From Centroscyllium fabricii (taxonomy: Eukaryota): a DNA stretch of 64,000 bases. A model generated the notes under the pieces. That model did not search any database and was not told the origin of the DNA. It was given only the letters and a program-made list of their open reading frames with translations. Positions 62,761 to 64,000 of the stretch are shown here, piece by piece. Position 1 is the stretch's first letter. Each line of letters opens with the position of its first letter. A program made the translations under genes and the position numbers. The stretch lies in NCBI GenBank assembly GCA_051313645.2, contig JBNRSN020000014.1:63798001-63862000 (forward strand). The letters are read 5' to 3'.

Positions 62761-62856
62761 TATACAAAGCTATAAATGAAAACAGTTTATGCCTTGGTGT
62801 AGTTAAAACCAAGAAGTTTGGAAACAATTCTGGTTGATCATACTTCAGTCACCCAC

Positions 62857-63018
62857 CTGAAGTTTTTTTAGTTGCTTTATGGCCTCTTCACGGCCCTTGA
62901 TGGCAACTTCAACCTGGCCTTCAAGGTCACTTAAATCAATTTCCAACTTCTTCTTGGCTGCAGCTGCCACTGTGCGCTGTTTACGCTCATCTTCCAGTTC
63001 AGTTTCAAGCTCGTGGAC
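62857..63018 (-). CDS. MYH11: MYH11 rod-domain exon, 162 nt
   Basis: AG/GT borders on -; [54 protein letters not shown]. Confidence 0.95.
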
Positions 63019-64000
63019 CTAAGTGTAAACAAAGTTTGATGCAGTGACTTTAATATTATCTCCTGTTACTACCTTCAGAAATTTGTTATGCTAACCCTAC
63101 ACTCTTAGTCATCTTATTAGTCACCTGCATTTAGAATTGCCCTGAAAGCATGTCCTTAGTAAAGCTACTTTTCTAACTATGATATAAGTGGTATAATATC
63201 ACTGATCTGAAGTGGAAGGGATAACAGTTGGTCTGTTTATTTAATGTCATTTTATTATATCTAAATTCCATCAGACCATTTTCTTTCCATCATTCTGAAC
63301 AATACTGCCTTTGGTTTTATTATAGTATTTCACTTAGTTACATGCAGAACAATTGATGTAAGTTATAAATATTATTTTCCCCGTAAATATAGGAAAAAAA
63401 TCATGAAGTATGCAGATAGATTTTTGAATAAAATTACTAATAACCACAGTTTATTCATGCTGTGCTGCAATCTATGTAGCTATCTTAAGTTGTAAGTATA
63501 TCTGTTCCTAGCTGTGATGTTAATTGACAACCATGGTTAATACTGTGCACACATTCACGTAGGAGACAACTTATGTCCACGAGTTCCAATCTCAGGTATG
63601 TCATCAGTGGAACCTGGAGTCCAGTGAAGACTGGTGCATGGATACATGCACTGAATTTACAGGGAAGAGGATGAGTCACCCCAGATGCACTCATCCATGT
63701 CCTAGAAACTGATTTAAGTTCAGCATGGGCAGAAACCTTAGACTGGGTCACCTGCCTGCTTTCTCTGCCAGTGAATGGTACATGGCACAGCAAGGTGGAA
63801 GGAGGGGAGAAAAATCAATTGAAATGGGGCAAACAGATTGGAAATCTGATTATTAATAAGTAGAGTTATGTTTTGATCGCATTCTATCTGTCACAAAGAA
63901 GAAATTGTGAAAGTGCTTGCAAAGTGTCAAATAAATAATACTTATTCTTTTCTTATGCAACTTATTCACTAACTCAGGAGTCAATACACCATTTTGTAAA

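Overview
Vertebrate nuclear DNA. The repeat set (CR1, L2, Rex1/Babar, Penelope, Deu-SINE and LF-SINE-like elements) suggests a cartilaginous fish, but this is inference. Two convergent, intron-rich genes anchor the window. The last five coding exons of NDE1 lie on + (6508-22386) and end in a KMLL-type C-terminus ('VVKILL*'). The last exons of smooth-muscle myosin heavy chain MYH11 lie on - (63018 down to 46589), including the SM1 terminal exon and a 33-nt SM2-type stop exon at 48948-48980 that the ORF track misses. All exons have GT-AG borders and compatible phases. Almost every other ORF in the track is transposon debris or chance. Introns and the ~20 kb between the genes hold nested mobile elements: LINE fragments, a decayed Penelope element, two solo LTRs, several MITE families and SINEs. 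The most interesting signals are (i) two families of Penelope-derived mini-elements carrying minimal hammerhead-ribozyme cores, including a ~245-bp palindrome with a perfect 14-bp TSD; (ii) a non-autonomous family with an AAGATGGCG head, a variable GC-rich middle and a Rex1-type tail, one copy of it next to a 5S rRNA fragment; (iii) TA-flanked MITEs dense in NRF1/YY1-like motifs; (iv) a candidate 4-nt tandem donor that would give NDE1 an alternative C-terminus. Exon coordinates were read base by base. Repeat boundaries are approximate, and family names and human comparisons come from recall, not database searches.
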